A DNA stretch of 33,314 nt from an uncultured Acidobacteriaceae bacterium (GTDB lineage Bacteria; Acidobacteriota; Terriglobia; Terriglobales; Acidobacteriaceae), in assembly GCA_964243645.1 (NCBI GenBank), contig CAXTGE010000014.1, positions 1-33,314 of the forward strand, in the 5' to 3' direction. Position 1 is the stretch's first letter, and every line of letters starts with the position of its first letter. Shown one piece after another: positions 8,162 through 20,054 of the stretch. The notes below the pieces were generated by a model. That model was not told the origin of the DNA. It worked only from the letters and a program-made list of their open reading frames with translations, and made no database searches. Made by a program: the position numbers and the translations under genes.

Positions 8162-9541
8162 GTGGCCTTTCGGATGAGGGAGGCTCCACAGTGGGAGCCT
8201 GTGCACCGCCGCACGCCAGTGTTTCAGGGCCGATGGACGTGGCGTCTGCTGCTTGCGGCTGTCGGGATTGGCGCCCTGAGTGCCTTTGCTGCCGCGTCTG
8301 TACGTCTGGGGTTTCGTGGGCTGCAGTGGATGCTCACAGGCTCCACTGCCGACCTGCCGTTGGCGGCGATGCAGCTGCCGCTTCCACGCCGCGCCCTGAC
8401 GCCCATTGTCGGCGCTCTGCTGGCCATGGGCGTGCTGTATCTACAGCGTCTATGGCGCAGACTGCAGCCGCAAGAGGCGCACAAGCGCGAGGAGTATGTG
8501 GAGTATGTCGAGGCGGTTCGGCGCGGACAGGGGTTCATCCCGGTGCCGTCGAACTGCTGGCGAACGGTTTCCGCTGCCTTCTCCGTAGCGAGTGGCGCGA
8601 CTGTGGGCCGCGAAGGCTCAATGATTCAGTTCGCGGCGACGATGGCCAGCGCGTGTGCACGCTGGCGTGGGTGGCTGGATGGCGGCGATAAAGCGCAGCT
8701 TAGCCTGCTTGTGGCCTGCGGTGTGGCGGGTGGCGTGACCACGGCCTACAACGCGCCCCTAGCGGCGACCTTATTTGCGGCAGAGATCGTACTGGGTGGA
8801 CTGCGATGGCTTGAGCTACTGCCGCTGGGGCTGGCCGCGGGGGCCGGTTGGCTGGTGAGCAGAGCCATGTTGGGCGGCGAGCGCCTGTACCCCGTGCACG
8901 CGACGGTGCGATGGGGCCCGGAGCTTTGGCTGTTGCCTTTGCTGGCTGTGGTGGGAGGGCTTGCCGGGCCCGTGTATCAAGGGCTGCTGGGTAGCCTGCA
9001 GAGAGCGCGCCATCTACCATTGCCACTGCTGTGGAGCGGGATCGTCGTCGGCTGCCTTTCGTTGACCGAGCCGCGCGTGTGGGGCAATGGCGATGCCGGT
9101 CTGCGCATGGCCCTGACGATTGCGAGCCTGCCCCCTGGCGCGGCGGGTGGCTCTCCCCTGGCACGCGTGCTGTTGCTACGGCTGTGCGCGAGCCTGGCAT
9201 GTGTCTGGACAGGGACCGTGGGCGGCGTCTTTACGCCGACGCTATTTGCGGGAAGCGCGGGTGGCGCGCTGCTGGCACACAGTCTTCCCGGGGGTACTAC
9301 AAATCTCTGGGCCATTGCCGGCATGAGCTTTCTGGTGGCCGCGGTGACTCACGCCCCGCTGATGTCGGCGTGTATGGCAGTGGAGCTTACCGGCAATTGG
9401 ACGCTGCTGCCTTTGCTGCTGCCGTTAAATTTCGTCTCCTGGTGGACTGCACGCGTGCTGTCACCGCGGGCCATGTATGGGATCGCGTCCCAGACGCCCA
9501 CCCACGGGGGTGTGATGTCTTCCAGGGCCGGGGAACGATAG
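8162..9541 (+). CDS. ClC chloride channel/transporter, ClcB-like, without CBS domains
   Basis: GATVGREGSMIQ (GREG gating Glu), YNAPLAATLFAAE, VGGVFTPTLFAG, AAVTHAPL...ELTG, and a C-terminal Tyr (AMYG). Confidence 0.9.
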   Translation: MAFRMREAPQWEPVHRRTPVFQGRWTWRLLLAAVGIGALSAFAAASVRLGFRGLQWMLTGSTADLPLAAMQLPLPRRALTPIVGALLAMGVLYLQRLWRRLQPQEAHKREEYVEYVEAVRRGQGFIPVPSNCWRTVSAAFSVASGATVGREGSMIQFAATMASACARWRGWLDGGDKAQLSLLVACGVAGGVTTAYNAPLAATLFAAEIVLGGLRWLELLPLGLAAGAGWLVSRAMLGGERLYPVHATVRWGPELWLLPLLAVVGGLAGPVYQGLLGSLQRARHLPLPLLWSGIVVGCLSLTEPRVWGNGDAGLRMALTIASLPPGAAGGSPLARVLLLRLCASLACVWTGTVGGVFTPTLFAGSAGGALLAHSLPGGTTNLWAIAGMSFLVAAVTHAPLMSACMAVELTGNWTLLPLLLPLNFVSWWTARVLSPRAMYGIASQTPTHGGVMSSRAGER

Positions 9542-9542
9542 A

Positions 9543-10904
9543 GTGACTGGGGATGATCTTTATCGCAGCATGAACCAGGGTTCCGAAAGAAAGATGCCAG
9601 CGCGAGTTCACCGGTACGGGCGGTGGCTCGTCGCGCCGATTGACACCCTTTCGGAACGCGGCCGGCGCTGGATGGTAGCCATCGGCTCGCTGCTTGTCTT
9701 TAGCTGGTGTGCTCTTCGCAACGGCGACCTGATGTTTGCGTGGGGACTGCCGGACGTCCAATTTTACGTGGATATGGCGCAGCGCCGCTTCGATCTGGTC
9801 CCGCAGCCGTTCACGTCACGGCCGCTGGCGCCGTTGCTGGCCAGGTATCTTGCGCCGTGGATGCACACTGGCGTGCAGGGCGGCTTCGTTGTCCTCGCCT
9901 CTGTGTCGCTGTTCTGGACGCTAGCGGTGGTGTTCTGGCTCCTGCTCCGGTCCCGCTCGCCGCGCTGGATAATGGCGGCGGTGGCAATGATTCCTTTCTG
10001 GTGGCAGCTATTGGGCTATGCCGGGCTACCTGACCCGCTCTATACGGCGCTGTTGGCCGCCCTGCTACTCGCCCTGGAGTATGGATGGATGTATGCGGCC
10101 GCCGGCCTGATGCTGCCGCTCATGGTCGCGCGGGAGTCTACCTCGTTAACCCTGTTGTGCCTGCTGGTTGTCGGCTGGCGGCGACTGCGCCCGAGCGGCT
10201 GCCTGCTGGCCGTGGGATGTGCCGCTTTGGGTGCGTTTGCCGTGCACCGTCTCAGCGCCGCGGGCCTGCCGAACCCGGAGCACCTCTCCGGGGGCGTGTA
10301 CATGGTGGGCAAGCTGGTCTCAAACTCCCTGCGCAGCGTCGGCGTGCTGCCGTGGAGCAACGTGTACCCTGTGCTCTGCACCGTTCCGGCGTGGGGGATG
10401 CGGTTGCCCCTGGGTCACGCGATCAGCGTGGGGGTGTGTTCATGGCAGCCCCTGGCGCCGATGCAGTTGCTTTGGGCGCTTCTGACGACATTTGGAATGC
10501 TGCCGCTGCTGTTTGTGGCTTCCTGGCGCGGATTGTTCCCGGCGCTGCGTCACGGAGACACCTTGCTCCGCTTCTGCCTGGTGTACGGGAGCGTCTCGCT
10601 GCTGCTGGCACCGGCGCTGGGCACCTGGTATGCCCGGCTGTTCGGGTATGGCTGGCCGTTGCTGCTGGTAGCCGTTCCGCGGATGCTGAACTTCGGGCCG
10701 ACGGATCTGCATGGGGAACGATTGGCGAGTGCAGGGCCGTATCGCTGTGGGGCTCTGCTAGTGGTGCATGCAACAATCTGTGCCCAGGGAGATCGAATCG
10801 GTACACCCTGGAATGTCGTGGCTGTGGTGCTGCTCGAGGTCACCGCGGCTGCACTGATTATGGTGCAGAGTCGAGGCCCGAGGCCAGCCCCGCAAGCGGT
10901 CTGA
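9543..10904 (+). CDS. Multi-pass membrane protein, possibly a GT-C-fold glycosyltransferase-like protein
   Basis: About 10 hydrophobic segments. A loop D.QFY..MA...PF..RPL.P follows TM1, then LPDPLY and LMVARES. It starts 1 nt after the ClC stop. The family assignment is inference. Confidence 0.6.
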   Translation: MTGDDLYRSMNQGSERKMPARVHRYGRWLVAPIDTLSERGRRWMVAIGSLLVFSWCALRNGDLMFAWGLPDVQFYVDMAQRRFDLVPQPFTSRPLAPLLARYLAPWMHTGVQGGFVVLASVSLFWTLAVVFWLLLRSRSPRWIMAAVAMIPFWWQLLGYAGLPDPLYTALLAALLLALEYGWMYAAAGLMLPLMVARESTSLTLLCLLVVGWRRLRPSGCLLAVGCAALGAFAVHRLSAAGLPNPEHLSGGVYMVGKLVSNSLRSVGVLPWSNVYPVLCTVPAWGMRLPLGHAISVGVCSWQPLAPMQLLWALLTTFGMLPLLFVASWRGLFPALRHGDTLLRFCLVYGSVSLLLAPALGTWYARLFGYGWPLLLVAVPRMLNFGPTDLHGERLASAGPYRCGALLVVHATICAQGDRIGTPWNVVAVVLLEVTAAALIMVQSRGPRPAPQAV

Positions 10905-10928
10905 CGAAGGCCCGGCACATGGTAAAAT
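10901..10928 (+). promoter_or_regulatory. Sigma70-type promoter for gyrB (extended -10)
   Basis: CTGACG (10901-10906), a 16-nt spacer, then TG-G-TAAAAT (10920-10928), about 100 nt upstream of gyrB. Confidence 0.5.
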
Positions 10929-10936
10929 CGAGCTAG

Positions 10937-13797
<2,861 letters not shown>

Positions 13798-13821
13798 CCT
13801 TCGTTTCGCTTGCCTTACGGG

Positions 13822-13855
13822 GCCCGGTATCTCATGCGAGATGCCGGGCTTTTTT
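13822..13855 (+). terminator. Rho-independent terminator of gyrB
   Basis: GCCCGGTATCTC-ATGC-GAGATGCCGGGC (one G-U pair) followed by T6. Confidence 0.85.
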
Positions 13856-13883
13856 GTTCCTGCAGACACGGTAGAGTAGGCCC

Positions 13884-15206
13884 TCAGCGTGAGGTGATGA
13901 CGGCTCGGCTGCGCCAGCTCAGAGCCAGGAGTGCAATCAGGCAGAGGGCAGCGGCATAGAAGGTGCCTCGGAGCACAGCGTAGTCGCTGAGCTCCATGTT
14001 GATGACGTCGGGCGCGAGCGGGCGATAGAGGAGAACGGCCGCTGCGATCGTTGTTGCCGTGATCACCCAGGCCACGCGCGACGGTTTCCGCTCGAGGGCG
14101 GCCTGCGTCAGCATCATGAGCGGGATGGTCATGACGATGAAGTAGTGTGTCCAGGCTATCGGCGCGAAGACGGTCATCGCGATCAGGGTGATTCCTGCGC
14201 CGTAGGGGATGTTGCTGTTTTCTGCTTTAGACAGCGAGGATGCGTGACCTTGGACGGGGAGATCGAGCAGGCCACCCGCGGCGCTGCAGATCACCATGAG
14301 CGCCGTGGAGAGAAGGCGCAGTGCTGTTGGCAAAACAAAGGCGTTCACATCGAAGATCTCGTCCGGGGTGAAGAATCGGTTCATATACCAGGCAGCGAGG
14401 GACTGGTTGTTCTCCGAGACGAGCAGCACCTGCGAGACGCGGTGGAGGCTGGTTGTGAAATCGTGGAAGAGCGATGCGCCGGCGATCAGGCGTGTGGCTG
14501 CAAGCAAAACCACGGACCATACAAGCAGGCTGAGCGCAGTACGCCAACGGCGATTGGCCAGCCAATAGACAAGCAGGATCGCTGGAGTGATTTTGACGGC
14601 GGCTGCGCAAGCCACACAGAGGCCGGCCGCCACTGGTTGGTCTCGTTGCGCAAGGATTAGACCTGCAATGGTGAGAAAGAGCACCAAGGCATGCGTCTGT
14701 ACGAGCTCCATGGCGAACAGAAAGGGTTCGGAAAAGGAGAGCGCAAGGAGTATGCTGGCGATTGCGATGGGTGTGAAGAGGCGGGGCGTCCAGTACCGTG
14801 CCACAAGAAAAACGAAGCCTGCCATGGAGCAAAGCGAGAGAACGACAAACAGGTGCTTGAACGCAGGCCACTGTGTGTGTTCGCAGAGCGGATGCAGCAG
14901 CCATGCCCAGAGCGGCGTTTGTACATAGGGATGCAGCCAGCCGCCGTATCCTCCACGTGCAGCGGCTTGTGCCCATGCGGGGTCCGGGTCCTTAATGCTG
15001 GCGAAGTTTACCGGGTCATAGCTGTAGAGCGACGCACCGCCGCCGAATGAAAGCACCCGACAGCCCACGTACGAGGAGGCCAGGTCATCGCCGCGGGCGT
15101 TCCAGAAGACCGCAGTGCCCAGCAGGATGAAGAGCAGCAGCGGAGCGCAGTGAAGCCACGGTCTGTGTCGGCCTTGGGGATAGGCTTCAGGAATCGCTTC
15201 GGGCAT
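13884..15206 (-). CDS. GT87/DUF2029-like GT-C glycosyltransferase (polyprenol-phosphate-sugar dependent)
   Basis: After TM1: GDDLASSY...LY, HPYVQTPLWAWLL.PL, ELVQT, AAAVKITP, NQSL, PIAWTHYF. Start reassigned to ATG 15206, which has an AAGGAGG SD, rather than 15287. Confidence 0.8.
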   Translation of the reverse strand: MPEAIPEAYPQGRHRPWLHCAPLLLFILLGTAVFWNARGDDLASSYVGCRVLSFGGGASLYSYDPVNFASIKDPDPAWAQAAARGGYGGWLHPYVQTPLWAWLLHPLCEHTQWPAFKHLFVVLSLCSMAGFVFLVARYWTPRLFTPIAIASILLALSFSEPFLFAMELVQTHALVLFLTIAGLILAQRDQPVAAGLCVACAAAVKITPAILLVYWLANRRWRTALSLLVWSVVLLAATRLIAGASLFHDFTTSLHRVSQVLLVSENNQSLAAWYMNRFFTPDEIFDVNAFVLPTALRLLSTALMVICSAAGGLLDLPVQGHASSLSKAENSNIPYGAGITLIAMTVFAPIAWTHYFIVMTIPLMMLTQAALERKPSRVAWVITATTIAAAVLLYRPLAPDVINMELSDYAVLRGTFYAAALCLIALLALSWRSRAVITSR

Positions 15207-15330
15207 AGACCTCCTTGTGTGATCACAGTAGGGCAAGCGGTGCCGGGCAGCAACGTGCAGCTTTGGCGCGGCCGCATGCGGGAACAAAAGCCAGGTTCCG
15301 CGAGTCTAAGCAGGCAGTAGCTGGAGGCTC

Positions 15331-17568
15331 TTGATGAGAGCGGCGGTGCTTCCCCTTTGTCTGATGTGTTGCGTGTTGCCCGTGGCGGGTCAAAGCTCGC
15401 AGAGGCAACCATCGACTCAGCATGGGAGATCGGACGCAACGCGTCCGCTCTCAGAGACGCCGCCTGAGGCACTGCGGGTCACGCATGTCTCGCTGTACAA
15501 GAACGGCGTGGGTTTCTTTGAGCATGTCGCGAAGGTCACGGGTGACGCTTCAGTCAGCCTTCACCTCAGCTCGGCGCAGTTGGACGATGTGCTGCAGACC
15601 TTGACGGCGGTGGACCTCGGTGGCGGGCATGTGACGGGAGCGAGCTACCATTCGACGACCCCATTGGGACAGCAGCTGCGAACGTTGCCGTTGAGCCTGG
15701 GCGAGCAGCCCTCGCAGGAGGAGTTGTTCGGTGCATTGCGGGGAGCGCGCGTGGAGATCACCGGCTCGGGCGCGGCGTTTACCGGGCGGGTGCTGTCTTT
15801 TGAAATACGTTCCGCTACGTCGGTAGACGGGCAGGCGAGCAAGGCTGTGCCGGAGCATCGTTTTGTGACCGCGGTGTCGGAGTCGGGAGCGACAAGGACC
15901 GTGGAGCTTGGGCCGAATACGGTGGTGCGGCTGCTGGATGGAGGACTACGGGCAGATCTGAACACGTACATGGCGCTACTCGACCGCAATCGTACGGAAG
16001 CTACCCGGCATGTGGTTCTGATGGATCAGGGCGTGGGAACGCGAGAGTTGCGGGTGTCGTTTCTGTCGGAGGTACCGGTGTGGAAGTCAACATACCGCGT
16101 GCTGCTGACCAGCAGTGCACAGGGCGGGACGGGTGCGGATGGCAAGGCGACGGTGCAGGGATTTTCGGTCGTGGACAACACGACCGGGGAGGACTGGAAC
16201 GGGGTGCAGCTTTCGTTGATCGCGGGGAGTCCGCAGAGTTTTCTGCAGCCGATTTCGCAGCCGATCTACGATCGCCGTCCGGAGATCCCGATCGCAGAGA
16301 ATGCACAGATCACGCCGCAGACTCATGAGTCGGGTGAGGGCAGCGCTACGCCCCAGGGAAGTGCGTCGGCGGATCTGAGCAGTGGTTCAGGGGGGAACCC
16401 GGCGTCACTTTTTGGTTCACCAAGTGGGACAGGCTCAGGATCGGTCGGAGGTCCTATGATTGCGCGGTCTGGAAGAAACATCAACATGATGAAGGACACA
16501 GCGCCGTCGCCATCGCTCATGGCCGCGGCCACGCCAATGTCCGTGGCACCGGAGCTTTATGAGCAGGCCGCGGCTGCCTCCACGGAAGCAAAGACAACGA
16601 CTGCGGCCTTTGACGATTTCTTCGCGTACAACCTGACCGATCCGGTGACGATTCCGCGCAACGGGTCCGCGCTGGTGCCAATTCTGCAGGAACGGTTGCC
16701 GGTTGAAAGTGTGACATTGTGGTCGCGGAGTGAATCGACGCCTTTGCGTGCGCTCTGGGTGACCAACAATTCGGGGCTGACCTTGGATCGTGGCTCCTTT
16801 TCAGTCGTGGAGAACGGTTCGTTTGCCGGCGAGGGGCTCCTCGACCCGGTGCATCCGGGCGAGCGGCGCTTGTTGTCGTATGCGGTGGATCAGGCGGTGA
16901 GGGTCACGTCGGAGAGTGATCAGAACACACGGCGGATCAGCAGTCTTTCTGCGTCGGGTGGCGTGCTGCATGCCACGACCGTAGAGGTAAACCAGGCGAA
17001 GTACAGGATCTCCGACGCCGCACCCGAGGGGCGCACCGTGGTGCTGGAGGAGGCGCGCCGGGGTGGGTGGACACTTGATCCTGCGGCAAAGGCAGATGAG
17101 ACCACGCCGGGCAGTTATCGCTTCCGGGTCGCGGTGGTGGCGGGTGGCTCGGCGGCACTTACGGTGACGCAACAACGGACCGTAGAGGAGACCTTCCGCC
17201 TGGTGGATAACACGGAAGAGCAGTTGACGCTATACCTGCGGGCGAACGGAGCGGATGCGAAGGTGATGGGGCAGCTGCAGCCCTTGTTTGCGGCGCGCCA
17301 TCGACTGGCGGATCTGGACCGGCAGATGGCGGATGTTCGAGCGAAGGTGCATGCGATCAGTGAGGACCAAAAGCGTCTGCGTGAGAATCTGGCCGCACTG
17401 AAGGGCTCAGCCGAGGAGCGTGCGCTGGCCAAGCGGTATACCGGCGAGTTGAACGCGCAGGAGGATGCCTTGAGCGGGCTGAAGCACGACCTGGAGACGC
17501 TTGGGCAACAGCGCGGCGCAGCGGATGCTGAGCTGAATGACCGCATCCAGAACCTGCGGATCACCTAA
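15331..17568 (+). CDS. DUF4139-domain secreted protein with a C-terminal coiled coil
   Basis: Signal peptide; LRVTHVSLYKNGVGFFEH, LDDVLQTL, VPVWKSTYR, VDNTTGEDW.GVQLSL.AG.P.SF, Y.L..PVTIPR..SALVP. C-terminal heptads with DQKRLRENL. Confidence 0.8.
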   Translation: MMRAAVLPLCLMCCVLPVAGQSSQRQPSTQHGRSDATRPLSETPPEALRVTHVSLYKNGVGFFEHVAKVTGDASVSLHLSSAQLDDVLQTLTAVDLGGGHVTGASYHSTTPLGQQLRTLPLSLGEQPSQEELFGALRGARVEITGSGAAFTGRVLSFEIRSATSVDGQASKAVPEHRFVTAVSESGATRTVELGPNTVVRLLDGGLRADLNTYMALLDRNRTEATRHVVLMDQGVGTRELRVSFLSEVPVWKSTYRVLLTSSAQGGTGADGKATVQGFSVVDNTTGEDWNGVQLSLIAGSPQSFLQPISQPIYDRRPEIPIAENAQITPQTHESGEGSATPQGSASADLSSGSGGNPASLFGSPSGTGSGSVGGPMIARSGRNINMMKDTAPSPSLMAAATPMSVAPELYEQAAAASTEAKTTTAAFDDFFAYNLTDPVTIPRNGSALVPILQERLPVESVTLWSRSESTPLRALWVTNNSGLTLDRGSFSVVENGSFAGEGLLDPVHPGERRLLSYAVDQAVRVTSESDQNTRRISSLSASGGVLHATTVEVNQAKYRISDAAPEGRTVVLEEARRGGWTLDPAAKADETTPGSYRFRVAVVAGGSAALTVTQQRTVEETFRLVDNTEEQLTLYLRANGADAKVMGQLQPLFAARHRLADLDRQMADVRAKVHAISEDQKRLRENLAALKGSAEERALAKRYTGELNAQEDALSGLKHDLETLGQQRGAADAELNDRIQNLRIT

Positions 17569-17621
17569 AGGGCGCACGGCGACAGGGTAGAAGGTCATCG
17601 GGGTCAGCGGTTACCCTGACG

Positions 17622-19865
17622 TTGAGGGTTTTGGGTTTGGCAGAAGGTTCTTTGGGCAGGGTGCGGTCGTTTCGTGTTGTTTTAGTTGTTGTGGGACTTA
17701 CTGCTTTGCCTGGGGTCTGCGCGGCGCATGCGCCAGGGAGGCAAGCGGTCGCGGCACCGGTTGCGGCCGCCGCCACAGGCACTGTTGCGGTCGCAGACTC
17801 CGTTCTAACCGCCGCAGGCGCTACCGGCAGCACGGGGGTGGCAACGACCGCTGCCGGTAAGCCGGGCAGTGCGACGCTCGATAACGCAAATGCCTCCTTA
17901 AAGAGCGCGGATGCGAGCGCCGTGCTGCTGGGGCAGATCGCTCGTTTACCGCCTCTGGTCGGCACCAGTCTTGACGTCGCGAAGCGCAGCGCCGAGGTGC
18001 GGGCGCACCTGAACGCTATCCTTCGCTTCTACCGTACCGCGATCGTTCCCGTGCAGCAGGTGGGCGAACCGAGCGATGTGCTGTATGGGGAGCAGAGCCA
18101 GGCGGAAGCCGTACAGATCGCGCAAACGGCGTTTGGGGCAGCCAAGAACGAAGCGGCCCTGCTAAATCGGGTGCCGGGCGCGGCGAACGCGAACGGGGTG
18201 AGCGGCGCCTCTGGTGCGTCCGGTATCTCTGGTGCGTCTGGTGCCTCAAAATCACCGGCTGCGCAGTCCCTATCCAGCGATGGGGGGCAGAGCCAGGCGG
18301 AGCGGATCTCTGCCGTGCGGGCGCAGGCGCAGGAGAAGCTCGTGGCGTTGCAGGCGCAGCACAGCGCCCTTGAGGCGCAGCTGACCAAGGCACGTGGTGA
18401 CGGGCGCGCGACACTGCTGCAGCAACAGGAGCAGATCGAGGGCGGTCTTGAGCTGCAGCAGGCGATGGTGGAGGCGCTGGGCAAGATCAACGCCTTTACC
18501 GCGCAGCAGGCGCAGACAGGGCTAGCGGGGGACATCGACCGTCTCCAGCGGTCCGCCCCGGAGCTGCTGAGCAAACCCCTGAAGACGCCGCCGCCGCCGG
18601 TGCTGGAAAGCGTCTCCGCCGCGCATGAAGCCGGCGTCTCCACACAGGCAGGTGTGTTGTTTCGACTGCTCGGCACGCTGCATACGATTGATCAGCAGAT
18701 CAAAGCCATCGACCAGTTGAGCAAGCAAGCAGAGGATCTGCGGACCCCGTTCATCAACGTCCTGCGCTCCACCCTTCAGCAAGGACAGGCGCTGACGCAG
18801 CAAAGCATCGATCTGCAGGCGACGCCGACGACGGATGCGCAGGACCTGGTGAACACGCGCAAGCAGTTCGACACGCTAACCTTCACCTTCCAGGTGTTGG
18901 CGAACGCAACCCTGCCGCTGAGCCAGGAGAATGTCCTGCTGGACAACGCCCGCGGCACGCTGACTACCTGGCGCGCTACGGTGGATGCCGAGTACAAGGA
19001 AGTTCTGCGAAGCCTGCTGGTTCGTGTAGCGATCATCGCGATGGCGCTCGGCATGCTGGCCATCCTCAATCGCGTGCTGAACGGGGCGGCGGTGAAGTAC
19101 ATCAGCGATGTTCGTCGGCGACGTCAGCTGCTGCTGTTGCGGCGCATCCTTGTCGGCTTTCTCACCGGTTTGGTTCTGATCTTCGGATTTGTCACGCAGT
19201 TCAGCTCGCTAGCCACGTTTGCGGGCTTCATCACCGCGGGCATTGCCGTTGGTCTGCAAAGCATCCTGCTGAGTGTCGCCGCATATTTCTTTATCGTGGG
19301 GCGTTATGGGATCCGGGTCGGGGATCGCGTGACGGTGGCAGGGGTCACGGGCGAGGTTATCGAGGTCGGCCTGGTGCGGTTTTACATGATCGAGCTGGTG
19401 GGCAGCGGCACCGAGCTGCACTCCACCGGACGCGTGGCCGTGTTCGCCAACTCCGTGCTGTTCCAGAGCGGAACACCAATCTACAAGCAGATGCCCGGTA
19501 CCGAGTACGCCTGGCATGAGCTGACGGCCAAGCTGAATCCCGGGGTCGATCCGAAGGCCGCGTCCCAGGCCGTACTCAAGGTCGTCACGGACGTGTACGC
19601 CACCTACCATGCCAGGATTGAGGCGCAGAACCACCAGGTGGAGAGCTGGATGGGGACAGCTTTGCCGCAGCCGCAGGTGGAGTCCCGGCTGCAGCTCACG
19701 GACGGGGGCCTGCAATTTGCGGTGCTCTTTCCCGTGGAGATCGAGCACGCCGCCGAGGTGGATCAGCAGATCGCGGAGGCCCTGGTCCAGGGATTCCGCA
19801 TCGATGGGCCGTTAAAGGCCGGTGTTTCGGATCTGCCGATTATCAAGGCTGCCGTCAAGAGCTAA
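17622..19865 (+). CDS. MscS-family mechanosensitive channel with a large N-terminal periplasmic helical domain (start uncertain)
   Basis: Three TM helices ending FAGFITAGIAVGLQSILLSVAAYFFI, then GIRVGDRVTVAGVTGEVIEVGL and RVAVFANS (MscS core). Long Gln/Ala-rich coiled-coil N-region. Confidence 0.88.
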   Translation: MRVLGLAEGSLGRVRSFRVVLVVVGLTALPGVCAAHAPGRQAVAAPVAAAATGTVAVADSVLTAAGATGSTGVATTAAGKPGSATLDNANASLKSADASAVLLGQIARLPPLVGTSLDVAKRSAEVRAHLNAILRFYRTAIVPVQQVGEPSDVLYGEQSQAEAVQIAQTAFGAAKNEAALLNRVPGAANANGVSGASGASGISGASGASKSPAAQSLSSDGGQSQAERISAVRAQAQEKLVALQAQHSALEAQLTKARGDGRATLLQQQEQIEGGLELQQAMVEALGKINAFTAQQAQTGLAGDIDRLQRSAPELLSKPLKTPPPPVLESVSAAHEAGVSTQAGVLFRLLGTLHTIDQQIKAIDQLSKQAEDLRTPFINVLRSTLQQGQALTQQSIDLQATPTTDAQDLVNTRKQFDTLTFTFQVLANATLPLSQENVLLDNARGTLTTWRATVDAEYKEVLRSLLVRVAIIAMALGMLAILNRVLNGAAVKYISDVRRRRQLLLLRRILVGFLTGLVLIFGFVTQFSSLATFAGFITAGIAVGLQSILLSVAAYFFIVGRYGIRVGDRVTVAGVTGEVIEVGLVRFYMIELVGSGTELHSTGRVAVFANSVLFQSGTPIYKQMPGTEYAWHELTAKLNPGVDPKAASQAVLKVVTDVYATYHARIEAQNHQVESWMGTALPQPQVESRLQLTDGGLQFAVLFPVEIEHAAEVDQQIAEALVQGFRIDGPLKAGVSDLPIIKAAVKS

Positions 19866-19881
19866 CACACAGGCCTGCCAG

Positions 19882-19923
19882 AAAAAGCATTGCCCCTCCT
19901 TCAGCCCAAAGGAGGGGCAATGC
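19882..19923 (-). terminator. Intrinsic terminator oriented for a minus-strand transcript
   Basis: Perfect 15-bp stem GCATTGCCCCTCCTT (19887-19901) / AAGGAGGGGCAATGC (19909-19923). A5 at 19882-19886 gives a U-tract only on the minus strand. Confidence 0.7.
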
Positions 19924-19996
19924 CGGTACGGAGAGGGAGAGGCACGACTGAGGCCCTCAGGAGACTTCAACCCGGCGCGCTCTCCCCTCTAAACCC
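19882..19996 (-). ncRNA. Candidate small RNA, about 115 nt
   Basis: Orphan minus-strand terminator, preceded on that strand by a second hairpin (AGAGGGGAGAG / CUCUCCCUCU). No matching CDS. Inference only. Confidence 0.4.
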
Positions 19997-20054
19997 ATGG
20001 ACGCGAACAGGGCGACGAAAGAGTACAGCCGAAGGTGCAATAAAATCAGCGACT

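Noticed and set aside
19890-20054. N-terminal extensions in the ORF track (amidase from 19890; also GT87 from 15287, YqeY from 25148, lipoprotein 2 from 29084)
   Set aside because: The extensions cross hairpins, promoters or neighbouring genes. Downstream ATGs fit SD or -10 signals and signal-peptide positions better.
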